A stretch of DNA of 32,466 nt, taken from NCBI GenBank assembly GCA_025450975.1, contig JANWLI010000191.1, positions 1 to 32,466 of the forward strand, read 5' to 3'. Origin of the DNA: Candidatus Kapaibacterium sp. GTDB taxonomy: Bacteria > Bacteroidota > Ignavibacteria > Palsa-1295. Below are positions 9,091 to 17,937 of the stretch, one piece after another (position 1 is the first letter of the stretch; every line of letters starts with the position of its first letter). Under the pieces are notes generated by a model that was given only the letters and a program-made list of their open reading frames with translations, searched no databases and was not told where the DNA came from. The position numbers and the translations under genes were made by a program.

Positions 9091-9453
9091 CATCCCTGCC
9101 AGCAGCGCAAACGCCGATCAAGCTCCGCAGAGCCCAATACTATCGAAATGCCCGGATATGGAAATAATGACGAGTGTGGATCTCATCATGGTGTGGAGAA
9201 TTTACACGCCCTCCTCCCTGCCAGGGAAAAGGGCCGCGGATGTGGGTGAGCCCTATCGCACCGCCTTCAGAATGCCGCCCGGATTTTCGTTAGAATATCC
9301 AGACGAATTCACGGCTTTAAAACATCATAAATGCCATCGAAGTTCATGCCGCTTTGGAAAAATGTTTGAAATGTTGTTTTAAAATGGAGTACCGATAGAG
9401 TACCGGAATATTGAAATTTATATTTATTTTAGTAGGTTCATACCTTGAGAATA

Positions 9454-9807
9454 ATGTCGGACAAAACACAGAATTTTCTGGTCTCTGTTTTATATTTAGT
9501 GGTCCTTCCTTTGGTCCCATTTTTCGTTGAATTAATAAGTGAAGAGTTTATTGCATTGAGTTCGTATTTGCTTTTTTCATCAGTTTATATTATTGTTATT
9601 GGTACTGCTTCAAAAAATAAGGCTCTGTTTGCACTATGTTTAGTCGTGGCATTAATTCTATCAATGCTTAATGGTGTGAAAGATTATCAGACTACAAATA
9701 TTTTCCCTCTTTATTCTTCCCCAGTTTCATATTGCTTAATTATTATCGCGACTATGCATGTTATCGAAAGATGGAATCGTCATATTGAAAGCGGAGAACC
9801 ATTCTAA
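9454..9807 (+). CDS. Small integral membrane protein (about 4 TM helices), hypothetical
   Basis: The ATG at 9454 is preferred to the TTG at 9445. Four hydrophobic stretches. The stop overlaps the next start (TAATG). Confidence 0.5.
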   Translation: MSDKTQNFLVSVLYLVVLPLVPFFVELISEEFIALSSYLLFSSVYIIVIGTASKNKALFALCLVVALILSMLNGVKDYQTTNIFPLYSSPVSYCLIIIATMHVIERWNRHIESGEPF

Positions 9808-10220
9808 TGACATGGGATATACTTCCATATATTGCTATTAGTGCCTCTTCAATAGCACTAATCATTTCTGCATTAAGCTTGCAAAGAAAAATTGCATCTG
9901 ATAAGCACTTTGTTGAATTGCTAATGCGCGAGCGTGAAGAAGAATTAAGAAGACTCCATCAAGAATTCAATCAATTGGTGAAGTTGCGAACAGCGGGACA
10001 CAAAGCTGTACCTGAGAGTCAGGTCAATCTTTCAATAGGTAAACTCAATGAACTTCAAAGCTCTTTCATTAAGTTCTCTGAGGCTCTCAATAAAAACGAT
10101 CGACAATATGTTCTAAATTCTTTAAATCAAGAGAGTATCTATGGAAGGGTAAATTATTTAAACAAGATACTACATCTTTCCGGCTTTCCTGAGGACATAG
10201 TAGTTAAACAAAAGGATTAA
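9807..10220 (+). CDS. Small protein with N-terminal TM helix and coiled-coil-like tail, hypothetical
   Basis: MTWDILPYIAISASSIALIISALSL is followed by a charged heptad-like sequence (REREEELRRLHQEFNQL). 1-nt overlap upstream and a 21-nt gap to the ATPase gene. Confidence 0.5.
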   Translation: MTWDILPYIAISASSIALIISALSLQRKIASDKHFVELLMREREEELRRLHQEFNQLVKLRTAGHKAVPESQVNLSIGKLNELQSSFIKFSEALNKNDRQYVLNSLNQESIYGRVNYLNKILHLSGFPEDIVVKQKD

Positions 10221-10241
10221 AAGAGACAGAGGTCATACATT

Positions 10242-12743
10242 ATGTTGCTAAAAACTGTATTCATACGATTTTATAAATCTTTCAATTTTGACTATATCGG
10301 AAGACTCGCGCGAACTCAATTTAAGGAATGGGACCGAATTGGGGAGAGAAAATATCCATTTGTAGAAGTACCTATAGAGAATGATATTACGGCAATTGTC
10401 GGTGCAAATGAATCAGGGAAAAGTCATCTGCTTAGTGCTGTAAAAGTTGGGTTGTTAAATCTCAAGACTCAATTAGAAGATGTATGCAGATATTCAGACT
10501 TCTTCAATGCAAAAGTCGGTCAGTCTAAGCTTCCGGATTTTGGGTATGAATTTTCACAATTAACCGATAGTGAGAAACTAAGGCTACAACAGATTTTAGG
10601 ACTGGAAAGCGATACTAGAATCGATAAGTTCTATTTTTTCAAATTCCTTCCTGAAGACCACAAAATTTACCTTAATGATGATCAGAGCATCTACAATATA
10701 GATGAAGCGCAGCTTAAAACTCTTTATACCATCCTACCTACGGTCTTCGAAATCAATTCGAAGATAGCACTTCCTGACAGTGTACCGTTATCTTACTTGA
10801 TTGACGAGCATAATGCACAAACGCCATCGTGGAAGAGGCTCGGAGCTTCTGGGAGAAATGATCTAGGCAATTTAATCGTTGAGAATGCTCCGCAATTTGC
10901 GACCCCAGAGGCCATCGCAAATAACAATCAGCACATTTTTAACTCTATATCCGCACGTCTAAACACACTCACTTTAGAGGAAGGCGACGTTGAAAAAACG
11001 AAGGAAAAATTAACGCAATATCAGCTGGCTGAAGCCCTCTTATATAAAATTGGCGACATAGACAAGAAGTATCTAACAGCTTTATATAAAGCATTGACGG
11101 AACGAAAGCAGGGCTTGGTTCAGGGGATACTCAATGAAATCAATCTCCGCTTGGAAGTAAGTTTGAACTTCCCTAAGTTCTGGGTCCAGGACAGAAATTT
11201 TCAATTAAGGGTTACAGTTCGAGACTACGAATTAGTTTTCACAATAAGAGATAGGACTAATACAGAATATACCTTTGCTGAACGGAGTCATGGACTTAAA
11301 TATTTTCTTAGCTACTACATTCAATATCTTGCTCATACGCCTTCTCATGCCGGTGATGAGATTCTTTTAATGGATGAGCCGGATGCGTATTTATCTTCTC
11401 AGGCGCAACAAGATCTTTTGAAAATCTTCGAAGGGTTTGCCCACCCTGCAACATTGGGCAATAAATCTGTGCAAGTAATATACGTAACACATTCTCCGTT
11501 CCTTATTGATAAGAATAACTCTCAACGTATTCGAGTGCTTGAGAAGGGGGCGCAAGATGAAGGCACTAGAGTGGTTTATGACTGTAGCCGCAATCATTAC
11601 GAACCGCTAAGATCAGCGGTCGGAATAATGGCAGGCGAAATGGTATTTATTGGTAATTGTAATTTATTAGTTGAAGGTGCATCAGATCAAATATATCTTT
11701 CCGGGGCTGCGCAGCAATTGACAAAAGATAGAATTAAAACTCCAATTGCTGAAAGGATTAATTCACAATACAACTTAGACTTAAATATTATCACCATTGT
11801 GCCATGTGGAGGCGCAGAGAATATACCTTATATGGTGTATCTGTCAAGAGGTCGTGATGTTGAACAACCAGCTATTATCGCACTGCTAGATAATGACGAT
11901 GAGGGTCTCAAGGCCCGTAGAAGACTTGCCAGGGCGATCTTAAAAGATAAAGGTCGCTTGTTACAAGCCAACTACCTCATAGGGATAGAGGATATTGAGC
12001 CCGACTTAAGCCTTGGACATAAATTGACGTGCATAGAGAGTTTAATCCCTCTGTCATTAGCTATATGCGCGGCGCACCTCTACTTTAGAGAATTATTTCC
12101 AGACCAGTCGTCACAACTCAGCGAACTGAACGCTAATGATTTGCACCTACTTGCAACTGAATCGGGCAGCGTACTTGAAGCCATTAATTTATGGATAGCT
12201 CAAAGAGGCTTAGACATTGAACTGTCCAAGATAGGCTTTGCACGATCCGTGATAGATCTTATAAAAACCGAAGAGAAGAAGGATGAGATATTTAATATTC
12301 TTGGCCTCGACGAAGGCACAAAGCAATTTAAAGAGAACATGCAGAAGTTAAATTTTAGGATTAATGAAGCTAGGAGAAAAGCTGAGGAGGAGAGGAATAA
12401 AGATCGGGTAAGCGGCAAAGTAAATAGACTTATTGATACGTTTGTTGATCATCATCAATCTGAAGTCACTAAAGAGGATCTTGAGCTGCTAATTGAGAGA
12501 ATACGGTTTAGTTTGGATGAGAGTTTAGAAAGTAGCCATATAGATTTTGTGCTCCAACAAATAGAGAGTACTCTCAAGTTGGGCGACAAGACTCTTCCAT
12601 TGATTGATGACACCATACAGTTGTACCGGCTGCTTGACATCGTGAAAAGCGCCGGCAAATTGGGCAGCCAAGATCGAGGTATACTCCAAGGGGGTGCTTT
12701 AAATGAAATCACAAAATTAATTACAGCACAGCCTGCTATATAG
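10242..12743 (+). CDS. OLD-family / PARIS-like ABC-type ATPase fused to a TOPRIM nuclease domain, with ~270-aa helical C-terminal extension
   Basis: Walker A GANESGKS (aa 54-61); signature-like SHGLKYFLS; Walker B ILLMDEPDAYL; H-loop VTHSP; TOPRIM LLVEGASDQ (Glu478) and LLDNDDEG (Asp550/552/553). Confidence 0.75.
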   Translation: MLLKTVFIRFYKSFNFDYIGRLARTQFKEWDRIGERKYPFVEVPIENDITAIVGANESGKSHLLSAVKVGLLNLKTQLEDVCRYSDFFNAKVGQSKLPDFGYEFSQLTDSEKLRLQQILGLESDTRIDKFYFFKFLPEDHKIYLNDDQSIYNIDEAQLKTLYTILPTVFEINSKIALPDSVPLSYLIDEHNAQTPSWKRLGASGRNDLGNLIVENAPQFATPEAIANNNQHIFNSISARLNTLTLEEGDVEKTKEKLTQYQLAEALLYKIGDIDKKYLTALYKALTERKQGLVQGILNEINLRLEVSLNFPKFWVQDRNFQLRVTVRDYELVFTIRDRTNTEYTFAERSHGLKYFLSYYIQYLAHTPSHAGDEILLMDEPDAYLSSQAQQDLLKIFEGFAHPATLGNKSVQVIYVTHSPFLIDKNNSQRIRVLEKGAQDEGTRVVYDCSRNHYEPLRSAVGIMAGEMVFIGNCNLLVEGASDQIYLSGAAQQLTKDRIKTPIAERINSQYNLDLNIITIVPCGGAENIPYMVYLSRGRDVEQPAIIALLDNDDEGLKARRRLARAILKDKGRLLQANYLIGIEDIEPDLSLGHKLTCIESLIPLSLAICAAHLYFRELFPDQSSQLSELNANDLHLLATESGSVLEAINLWIAQRGLDIELSKIGFARSVIDLIKTEEKKDEIFNILGLDEGTKQFKENMQKLNFRINEARRKAEEERNKDRVSGKVNRLIDTFVDHHQSEVTKEDLELLIERIRFSLDESLESSHIDFVLQQIESTLKLGDKTLPLIDDTIQLYRLLDIVKSAGKLGSQDRGILQGGALNEITKLITAQPAI

Positions 12744-13025
12744 GTCACCCACTTTCGTTATTATGACAAAACTCCTCATTAACGAGTAGTTCGATGAGTT
12801 ACAGGTTACTGATATTGATCGTTGTTGCAGGCTGCGCTCTTTATGTCGGTGTGGTGAGGGCACAGATTACTGGGGAGTCGCCTGCCTGCTTCTTCGAATC
12901 GTATACAGAGTCCCACTACCTCTCGCTTCAGCCTTCGTATAATCTCTTGCGGCGATAATGATTTTACAACTGTATGTGCTTCGCGGCTACTCAGAATTCT
13001 TCAACGACTAAATGCTGATCTCTGT

Positions 13026-13544
13026 ATGAAGCTCGGTCTCCTCTTTAGCGTCCTCGTTCTTTTCTCGTGCTCCTCGGCTCGGCAGCAGTGGATGGGGGAA
13101 AGTACCGTCGACGACGATGCGTTCAGCCGCGAGCAAGCTGAGCGGATGCTGGGCGCACCTGTTGAGGATGCGGAGATCTTGCGCTCCTGGGGATGTCTGA
13201 CGTATGATAAGATCTGGCAATTCACTGGCGCACCCGATGCTGTGACGGGAAAGGCCGCACATATCATTGTCTTTGTCGAGAGCTCTCCGAATGCTGTTGC
13301 GAACGTGCCGGCGCGCTACGCAGAGGCGGCGCGGAGATCGGGGATGAAGGACTCCAATCATGTCGTAGGTGTTGGCGATGAGGCACATTTTCGCGAGTCG
13401 CAGTCAGAGCGTTGGCTCTCTGCGCGCAGGGGTATGTATACGATCGATCTGAAGCTCAGGGGAAGCAGTAGCGCAACGACGGCGGAGTTCTTGCGCGTGG
13501 CGGGCGAGGTGGTGGGTCGTCTGAACTTGGATTTGTCGGATTAA
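13026..13544 (+). CDS. Hypothetical lipoprotein (paralog of 13787..14281)
   Basis: Lipobox VLFSCSS. Shares FS-x-EQAE-x-LG-P and GVGDEA(H/Y)F blocks with the next lipoprotein. Confidence 0.55.
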   Translation: MKLGLLFSVLVLFSCSSARQQWMGESTVDDDAFSREQAERMLGAPVEDAEILRSWGCLTYDKIWQFTGAPDAVTGKAAHIIVFVESSPNAVANVPARYAEAARRSGMKDSNHVVGVGDEAHFRESQSERWLSARRGMYTIDLKLRGSSSATTAEFLRVAGEVVGRLNLDLSD

Positions 13545-13580
13545 GGAGATTTGTCGGATGTGTGTATAGAGGCGGGGGAG

Positions 13581-13650
13581 GTAGGCGGTCGGGCGGTCAG
13601 ACGGTCAGACGGTCAGACGGTCGGGGGTCGGGGGTCGGGCGTTCGGGGTT
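13581..13650. repeat. G-rich octamer tandem array (ggtcagac x3, ggtcgggg/gtcggggg, gggcgttc)
   Basis: Direct reading: gtaggcggtcgggcggtcagacggtcagacggtcagacggtcgggggtcgggggtcgggcgttcggggtt. Confidence 0.85.
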
Positions 13651-13711
13651 TGTATAGCGGCAGGCTACAAGACATCTAGGGATCCTTCGCTTCGCTCAGG
13701 ATTGCGGCATT

Positions 13712-13743
13712 GACTATCGACTATCAACTATCGACTATCGACT
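13712..13743. repeat. Heptamer tandem array (gactatc/gactatc/aactatc/gactatc)
   Basis: Direct reading. Related arrays in the opposite orientation lie at 19083-19110 and 28081-28118. Confidence 0.85.
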
Positions 13744-13786
13744 CCCCCAAGTGAGATTTTTTAGCTCCTGAAGTGTTAGGAATATC

Positions 13787-14281
13787 ATGCATACCATCCT
13801 TTCAGTCCTGATAGTATTCTTGTTTACATGTGGCAGGCAGCAGGCGCCGGCTGTGGCTACGGGGGAGTTGTTTAGTCTTGCCGAAGCGGAGAAGATCCTT
13901 GGCGAACCGGCGACGCTCGGCAATAATACCGAAGGCTTCGACGGGCAGAGCGGCTTTCATAATATCGACTATACGGCCAAAGATACCGATCGCGTCAGCG
14001 GCAAGCTGGGGGCGATCTATCTGTTGATGCAGTCGTACAAGACCGAAGCTGGTGCGCAGGAGCGGTACACGACGATCAAGACGGCCAACGAGCCACATGG
14101 GATCGAGACGCTGACAGGTGTCGGCGACGAGGCGTACTTCCATACCGATAACGAGAACTTCCTCTTCATCATGGCGCGCAAAGGCGTGAAGGTCCTGACG
14201 ATGAAGGTGAACAAGGTCACAAGCAAGACGTCGGTCGACGCGTTCAACAAGGTCGCGCGGAAGATCGTCGGGAAGATGTGA
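13787..14281 (+). CDS. Hypothetical lipoprotein (paralog of 13026..13544)
   Basis: Lipobox FLFTCGR. Conserved blocks FSLAEAEKILGEPA, GVGDEAYFH and ARKGVKVLTMKV align with the preceding gene. Confidence 0.55.
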   Translation: MHTILSVLIVFLFTCGRQQAPAVATGELFSLAEAEKILGEPATLGNNTEGFDGQSGFHNIDYTAKDTDRVSGKLGAIYLLMQSYKTEAGAQERYTTIKTANEPHGIETLTGVGDEAYFHTDNENFLFIMARKGVKVLTMKVNKVTSKTSVDAFNKVARKIVGKM

Positions 14282-14319
14282 GTATAGGCGGATAGACGGC
14301 TGGGCAGATAGGCGGATAG
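14282..14319. repeat. Octamer array (ataggcgg/atagacgg/ctgggcag/ataggcgg)
   Basis: Starts directly after the stop codon at 14279-14281. Same family as 7565-7596. Confidence 0.8.
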
Positions 14320-14338
14320 TTTATAATAATTTTGCAGG

Positions 14339-14794
14339 ATGAAGATAGTAGTTGTGTTGATGGCGATCGTGTGTATGGCCTGCTCGAAGGATAAGACGAA
14401 GGTCACGCCGAATGTGATCGAGGCGCCGGCCGCCAATGGGCTGGACTGTGAGAGTCAGCATAACGAGATGGATGCTGCGATCCGCCGGATGATCCCGGAG
14501 ATCGGGACGATCGGCGATGCCTATGTCGAGCGCGTCACCCAGGGAAAGGCTAAGCTCAATTTTTCGATCGAGCGGTGTGCGACGCCTAGTGCGCCGGATT
14601 CGATCACGCAGAATTACCATGTCCTTACCTATGGCTACGCAGTAGATGGCAAATCGACTCACTGGTACGGCTTTTACCTGCATAAGGACCTTGGGCGGAT
14701 GATCGTCTACGATATCCCTACGAGAATGCAGCTTCCGCTGGAGGAAATGCGTAAAACGCAGGAGTGGAAGATGCAGTGGGGAGTGAGGAAATAG
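14339..14794 (+). CDS. Hypothetical lipoprotein
   Basis: Signal peptide/lipobox MKIVVVLMAIVCMACSK. No recognised domain. Confidence 0.5.
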   Translation: MKIVVVLMAIVCMACSKDKTKVTPNVIEAPAANGLDCESQHNEMDAAIRRMIPEIGTIGDAYVERVTQGKAKLNFSIERCATPSAPDSITQNYHVLTYGYAVDGKSTHWYGFYLHKDLGRMIVYDIPTRMQLPLEEMRKTQEWKMQWGVRK

Positions 14795-14882
14795 CCTTGT
14801 TTAGAGGTGGAATAACCTTCGGGTCCCTTTTGTTAGACAGGCTCTCACTTATAGTAGACGCATCAGTGCTCCCTAGATATTC

Positions 14883-16166
14883 ATGAAATTCGACTCGCTG
14901 CACATCGCAGATCCCATTTTACGTGCCCTCAAGGACGAAGGTTATGTAACCCCGACGCCTATTCAGGCGCAGACAATTCCTATTGCCCTCAACGGCAAAG
15001 ACATCCTTGCGACCGCCCAAACCGGCACCGGCAAGACGGCTGCATTCGCCATCCCGATCCTGCAGGTCCTTTCAGAAGCTAAGACGACCGGCAACAAGCG
15101 GAAGATCCGCAGCCTCGTCCTCGTGCCGACACGCGAACTCTGCGTGCAGGTCGGCGATAGCTTCAAGGCCTACGGGCGGCATTTGCATCTTGTGAGCACC
15201 GTCATCTTTGGCGGCGTGCGTCAGGGTGCGCAGACCAGAGCGCTGCAGAAAGGCGTCGATATTCTCATCGCAACGCCGGGCAGATTGCACGATCTCATCG
15301 ATCAGGGATTTGTCTCGCTCAAAGACATTGAGATCTTCGTCCTCGACGAAGCTGATCGCATGCTCGACATGGGCTTTATCAACGACGTGCGCAAAGTTGT
15401 GAAGGCATTGCCCGACGACCGGCAGACGCTGTTCTTCTCGGCAACGATGCCGCCGGATATTTCGCGGCTCGCGCATGATATCCTATTCAAGCCGGAGAAA
15501 ATTTCTGTCTCGCCGCCATCGTCAACTGTGGAGACGATCGAGCAGTACGTCCTGCATGTCGATCGCAACAATAAGAGTGCGTTGCTCCTGCACATGCTCG
15601 ACAGAAAAGAGCTCAAATCGGTCCTCGTCTTTACACGGACAAAGCGTGGCGCCGATGCCGTCGTTCGCATTCTCGAACGCGCCCATGTCCGTGCCGATTC
15701 GATTCATGGCAACAAGGCGCAGAATGCCCGTCAGCGAGCGCTGGAAAATTTCAAGAGTGGTAAGATCCGTGTTCTGGTTGCAACCGATATCGCGTCGCGC
15801 GGCATCGATATCGACGACCTCGAATACGTGATCAACTATGAGATCCCGGAAGTCCCGGAGACGTACGTGCATCGCATCGGCCGTGGCGGCAGAGCCGGCG
15901 GCAAGGGTACGTCATACTCGTTCTGTGACGCATCGGAGCGCATCGATCTTCGCACCATCGAAAAACTGATCGGCAAGAAGATCCCCGTCATGGAAGATCA
16001 TCCCTTCCCGCCGGGGACAGTCCGTCCTCCGCGACCGGGGCAACTGCATTCAAATCATCCTCCGCAAAAACCGAAAGAACATACGAAGGAAGCCGCCAAA
16101 ACCGAAGAGCAGAAACGCGGCATCCAGAAGTTCACCCCGCGCAGATCAAAGAAGCGTCGGAGGTAG
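14883..16166 (+). CDS. rhlE: ATP-dependent DEAD-box RNA helicase with basic C-terminal tail
   Basis: Q-motif region, AQTGTGKT (I), PTRELC (Ia), VLDEAD (II), SAT (III), HRIGRGGRAG (VI), Lys/Arg-rich tail. Confidence 0.88.
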   Translation: MKFDSLHIADPILRALKDEGYVTPTPIQAQTIPIALNGKDILATAQTGTGKTAAFAIPILQVLSEAKTTGNKRKIRSLVLVPTRELCVQVGDSFKAYGRHLHLVSTVIFGGVRQGAQTRALQKGVDILIATPGRLHDLIDQGFVSLKDIEIFVLDEADRMLDMGFINDVRKVVKALPDDRQTLFFSATMPPDISRLAHDILFKPEKISVSPPSSTVETIEQYVLHVDRNNKSALLLHMLDRKELKSVLVFTRTKRGADAVVRILERAHVRADSIHGNKAQNARQRALENFKSGKIRVLVATDIASRGIDIDDLEYVINYEIPEVPETYVHRIGRGGRAGGKGTSYSFCDASERIDLRTIEKLIGKKIPVMEDHPFPPGTVRPPRPGQLHSNHPPQKPKEHTKEAAKTEEQKRGIQKFTPRRSKKRRR

Positions 16167-16220
16167 GTCGGCCCCAGACCAGTCTCAACTGCCCACGTTT
16201 GCTTCGTATTTTTGACTACT

Positions 16221-17477
16221 ATGAATGACGTTCTCGACGTTGCCGTCATTGGCGCCGGACATTCCGGACTTGCCGTCAGCTACCTGCTAAAGCAGCGTGG
16301 CTTCAACCATCTCGTGTTCGAGCGTGGCCAGATCGGCGAGGCGTGGCGTTCGCAGCGATGGGATTCGTTTTCGCTCAATACACCGAATAAGTATAATGTC
16401 CTACCCGGTGCAGAATTGACCGCCGCCGATCCCGATGGCTTCAGTTCGGCTCCGGAGTATGTCAATCAGCTCGAAGCCTATGCTGTTTCAAATACCTTGC
16501 CCGTTCGTCAGCATGCGTCAGTTGTATCGGTCGAACGCATTGATAACGATCCGCACTTTACGATAACCGTTACCGAAGACGGGACGCCTCGGACTTATCG
16601 CGCGAAGCAAGTCGTCGCAACATCGGGTGCACAATTCGGACGGCAAGTACCATCATTTGCATCTAAGATCTCGCCATCGATCTTGCAGCTTCATACGTCG
16701 GAGTATCGCAGCCCTTCGCAGTTGTCGCCGGGAGCCGTGCTCGTTGTCGGTGGTGCGCAATCGGGTTGTCAGATTTCCGAAGATCTCGTCGATGCCGGTC
16801 GCAATGTCTACTTTGCAACAAGCCAGGTGCCGCGAGTCCCTCGTCGCTATCGCGGCCGCGACATTGTCGAGTGGTTTGTCAACATCGGCTTTTACCATAT
16901 GCCCGTTACTGCCGTTACCGATCCGCAGATGTTGCGGGTGAGGTTTCCTGCCATCTCCGGCGTTGGCGAACGAGGCCATACGCTAAGCCTTCAGTCGCTT
17001 GCCGGCAAAGGCGTGACGATCCTCGGCAAGATGCATGATGCAGATGCAAGCCATGCGTATCTTGCGCCGGATGCTGCAGCGAATGTGATGTACGGCGACA
17101 AGTTCTCGATGATGGCAAAGAACATGGTCGACGACTACATCGCGAAGAACGGCATCGATGCTCCGCCGCCGGAAGATGATGCAGCCGATATTCCCGATGC
17201 CGAAGCGACATGCGCATCGGAGGTCACATCGCTCGACTTCGCCGCTCATAACATTACGTCCATTATCTGGACGATCGGCTTCGCGCCGAATTTCAGCTAC
17301 CTCAAGCTTCCCGTCTTCGATGCGGCAGGACTTCCGCAACATGCGAATGGCGTCGCGGAAGTCAAAGGCGTCTACTTCATGGGCCTCCCATGGATGCGGG
17401 CCCGGAAGTCGCTCATGATCTTCGGCGCTGCTGACGATGCCGAGTACATTGTCGGCATGATCGAGAAGTCGAAGTAG
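16221..17477 (+). CDS. FAD/NAD(P)-binding oxidoreductase (flavin-monooxygenase-like, two dinucleotide-binding motifs)
   Basis: VIGAGHSGLA and VVGGAQSGCQ GxGxxG motifs. The ATG at 16221 (MNDVLDVAVIGAG) is preferred to the TTG at 16212. Confidence 0.7.
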   Translation: MNDVLDVAVIGAGHSGLAVSYLLKQRGFNHLVFERGQIGEAWRSQRWDSFSLNTPNKYNVLPGAELTAADPDGFSSAPEYVNQLEAYAVSNTLPVRQHASVVSVERIDNDPHFTITVTEDGTPRTYRAKQVVATSGAQFGRQVPSFASKISPSILQLHTSEYRSPSQLSPGAVLVVGGAQSGCQISEDLVDAGRNVYFATSQVPRVPRRYRGRDIVEWFVNIGFYHMPVTAVTDPQMLRVRFPAISGVGERGHTLSLQSLAGKGVTILGKMHDADASHAYLAPDAAANVMYGDKFSMMAKNMVDDYIAKNGIDAPPPEDDAADIPDAEATCASEVTSLDFAAHNITSIIWTIGFAPNFSYLKLPVFDAAGLPQHANGVAEVKGVYFMGLPWMRARKSLMIFGAADDAEYIVGMIEKSK

Positions 17478-17482
17478 CGGAG

Positions 17483-17522
17483 GAGGGCGTTCGGAGGTAC
17501 GGGGGTTCGGGCGTTCGGGGAT
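17483..17522. repeat. G-rich octamer-type repeats (gggcgttc/gggggttc), left flank of four-helix-bundle gene
   Basis: gagggcgttcggaggtacgggggttcgggcgttcggggat. Its 3' ~22 nt is an imperfect inverted copy of 17939-17960. Confidence 0.8.
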
Positions 17523-17526
17523 GCGA

Positions 17527-17892
17527 TTATTGACGAAGAGATCTGATCAAGCCGTTTAGCAGTCTGCCTGTTTCCTGAGCCTTTTCCCATAACTTTTCAG
17601 CATCAGCTTTAGACATGAAGTTTAGTCTTACTGATAGTATCATCTGCGTTTCCAATTCCGCTAATGATCCTCTTGCTATCGAAAGATGATGAAGATATTC
17701 TTTACTTCCCTTGCGGTCATGGCCTTCGGCAATATTAGAAGGAATGGATATTGAAGAGCGGTTCATCTGCGAAATGATCCCGAACTGCTCTTTCGAAGGA
17801 AACTTGGATGTAGCATCATAGACCATAACAGCGAAGTCCATGGCTACCTGCCATGCCTCAAGATCACGATACGTAACAATAGTAGATTTCAT
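17527..17892 (-). CDS. Four-helix-bundle protein of the 23S rRNA intervening-sequence (S23-IVS / Avd-like) family
   Basis: YRDLEAWQ...A..V....FP..E.......Q..RS..SI.SNIAEG......KE....L.IA.GSL.E..T pattern. ~120 aa. More AT-rich than its flanks. Confidence 0.85.
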   Translation of the reverse strand: MKSTIVTYRDLEAWQVAMDFAVMVYDATSKFPSKEQFGIISQMNRSSISIPSNIAEGHDRKGSKEYLHHLSIARGSLAELETQMILSVRLNFMSKADAEKLWEKAQETGRLLNGLIRSLRQ

Positions 17893-17937
17893 AATTATAA
17901 TGATAAAGTAAGACTTTCAAACTTACAATAAAAAACC

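Larger units (their letters stand above)
9380..12760. other. AT-rich genomic island 1 (approximate borders)
   Basis: By eye about one-third G+C (for example 20/60 in line 9481), against well over half in the flanking genes. It contains three co-oriented, coupled ORFs. Confidence 0.6.

Noticed and set aside
9196-9210. Recurring word aatttacac(g/a)c (8082, 9198, 19061, 19166) as a possible shared operator at both island borders.
   Set aside because: It is only 9-11 nt. Two of the four copies belong to the duplicated 52-bp segment. The remaining similarity between the two spacers is too weak to align.
9158-9382. 74-aa ORF in the spacer left of island 1.
   Set aside because: No motif, odd composition, and it spans a compositional transition. 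Nothing supports it as coding.
9091-9440. Looked for tRNA/tmRNA genes or integrase genes at the borders of both islands (9091-9440, 12744-13025, 19111-19491, 24403-24551).
   Set aside because: No cloverleaf-like sequence (no GTTCRANYC T-loop context) and no recombinase-like ORF was found by eye. A tRNAscan-SE/Infernal run would be decisive.
12794-12958. 54-codon ATG ORF (MSYRLLILIVVAGCALYVGVVRAQ...) just right of island 1; below the track cutoff.
   Set aside because: It has a signal-peptide-like N-terminus but no other support. It is too short to call without conservation or expression data.
13581-13743. Considered whether the tandem arrays could be CRISPR arrays.
   Set aside because: The units are 7-8 bp and contiguous, with no 25-40-bp unique spacers. 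No cas genes are present in the window.
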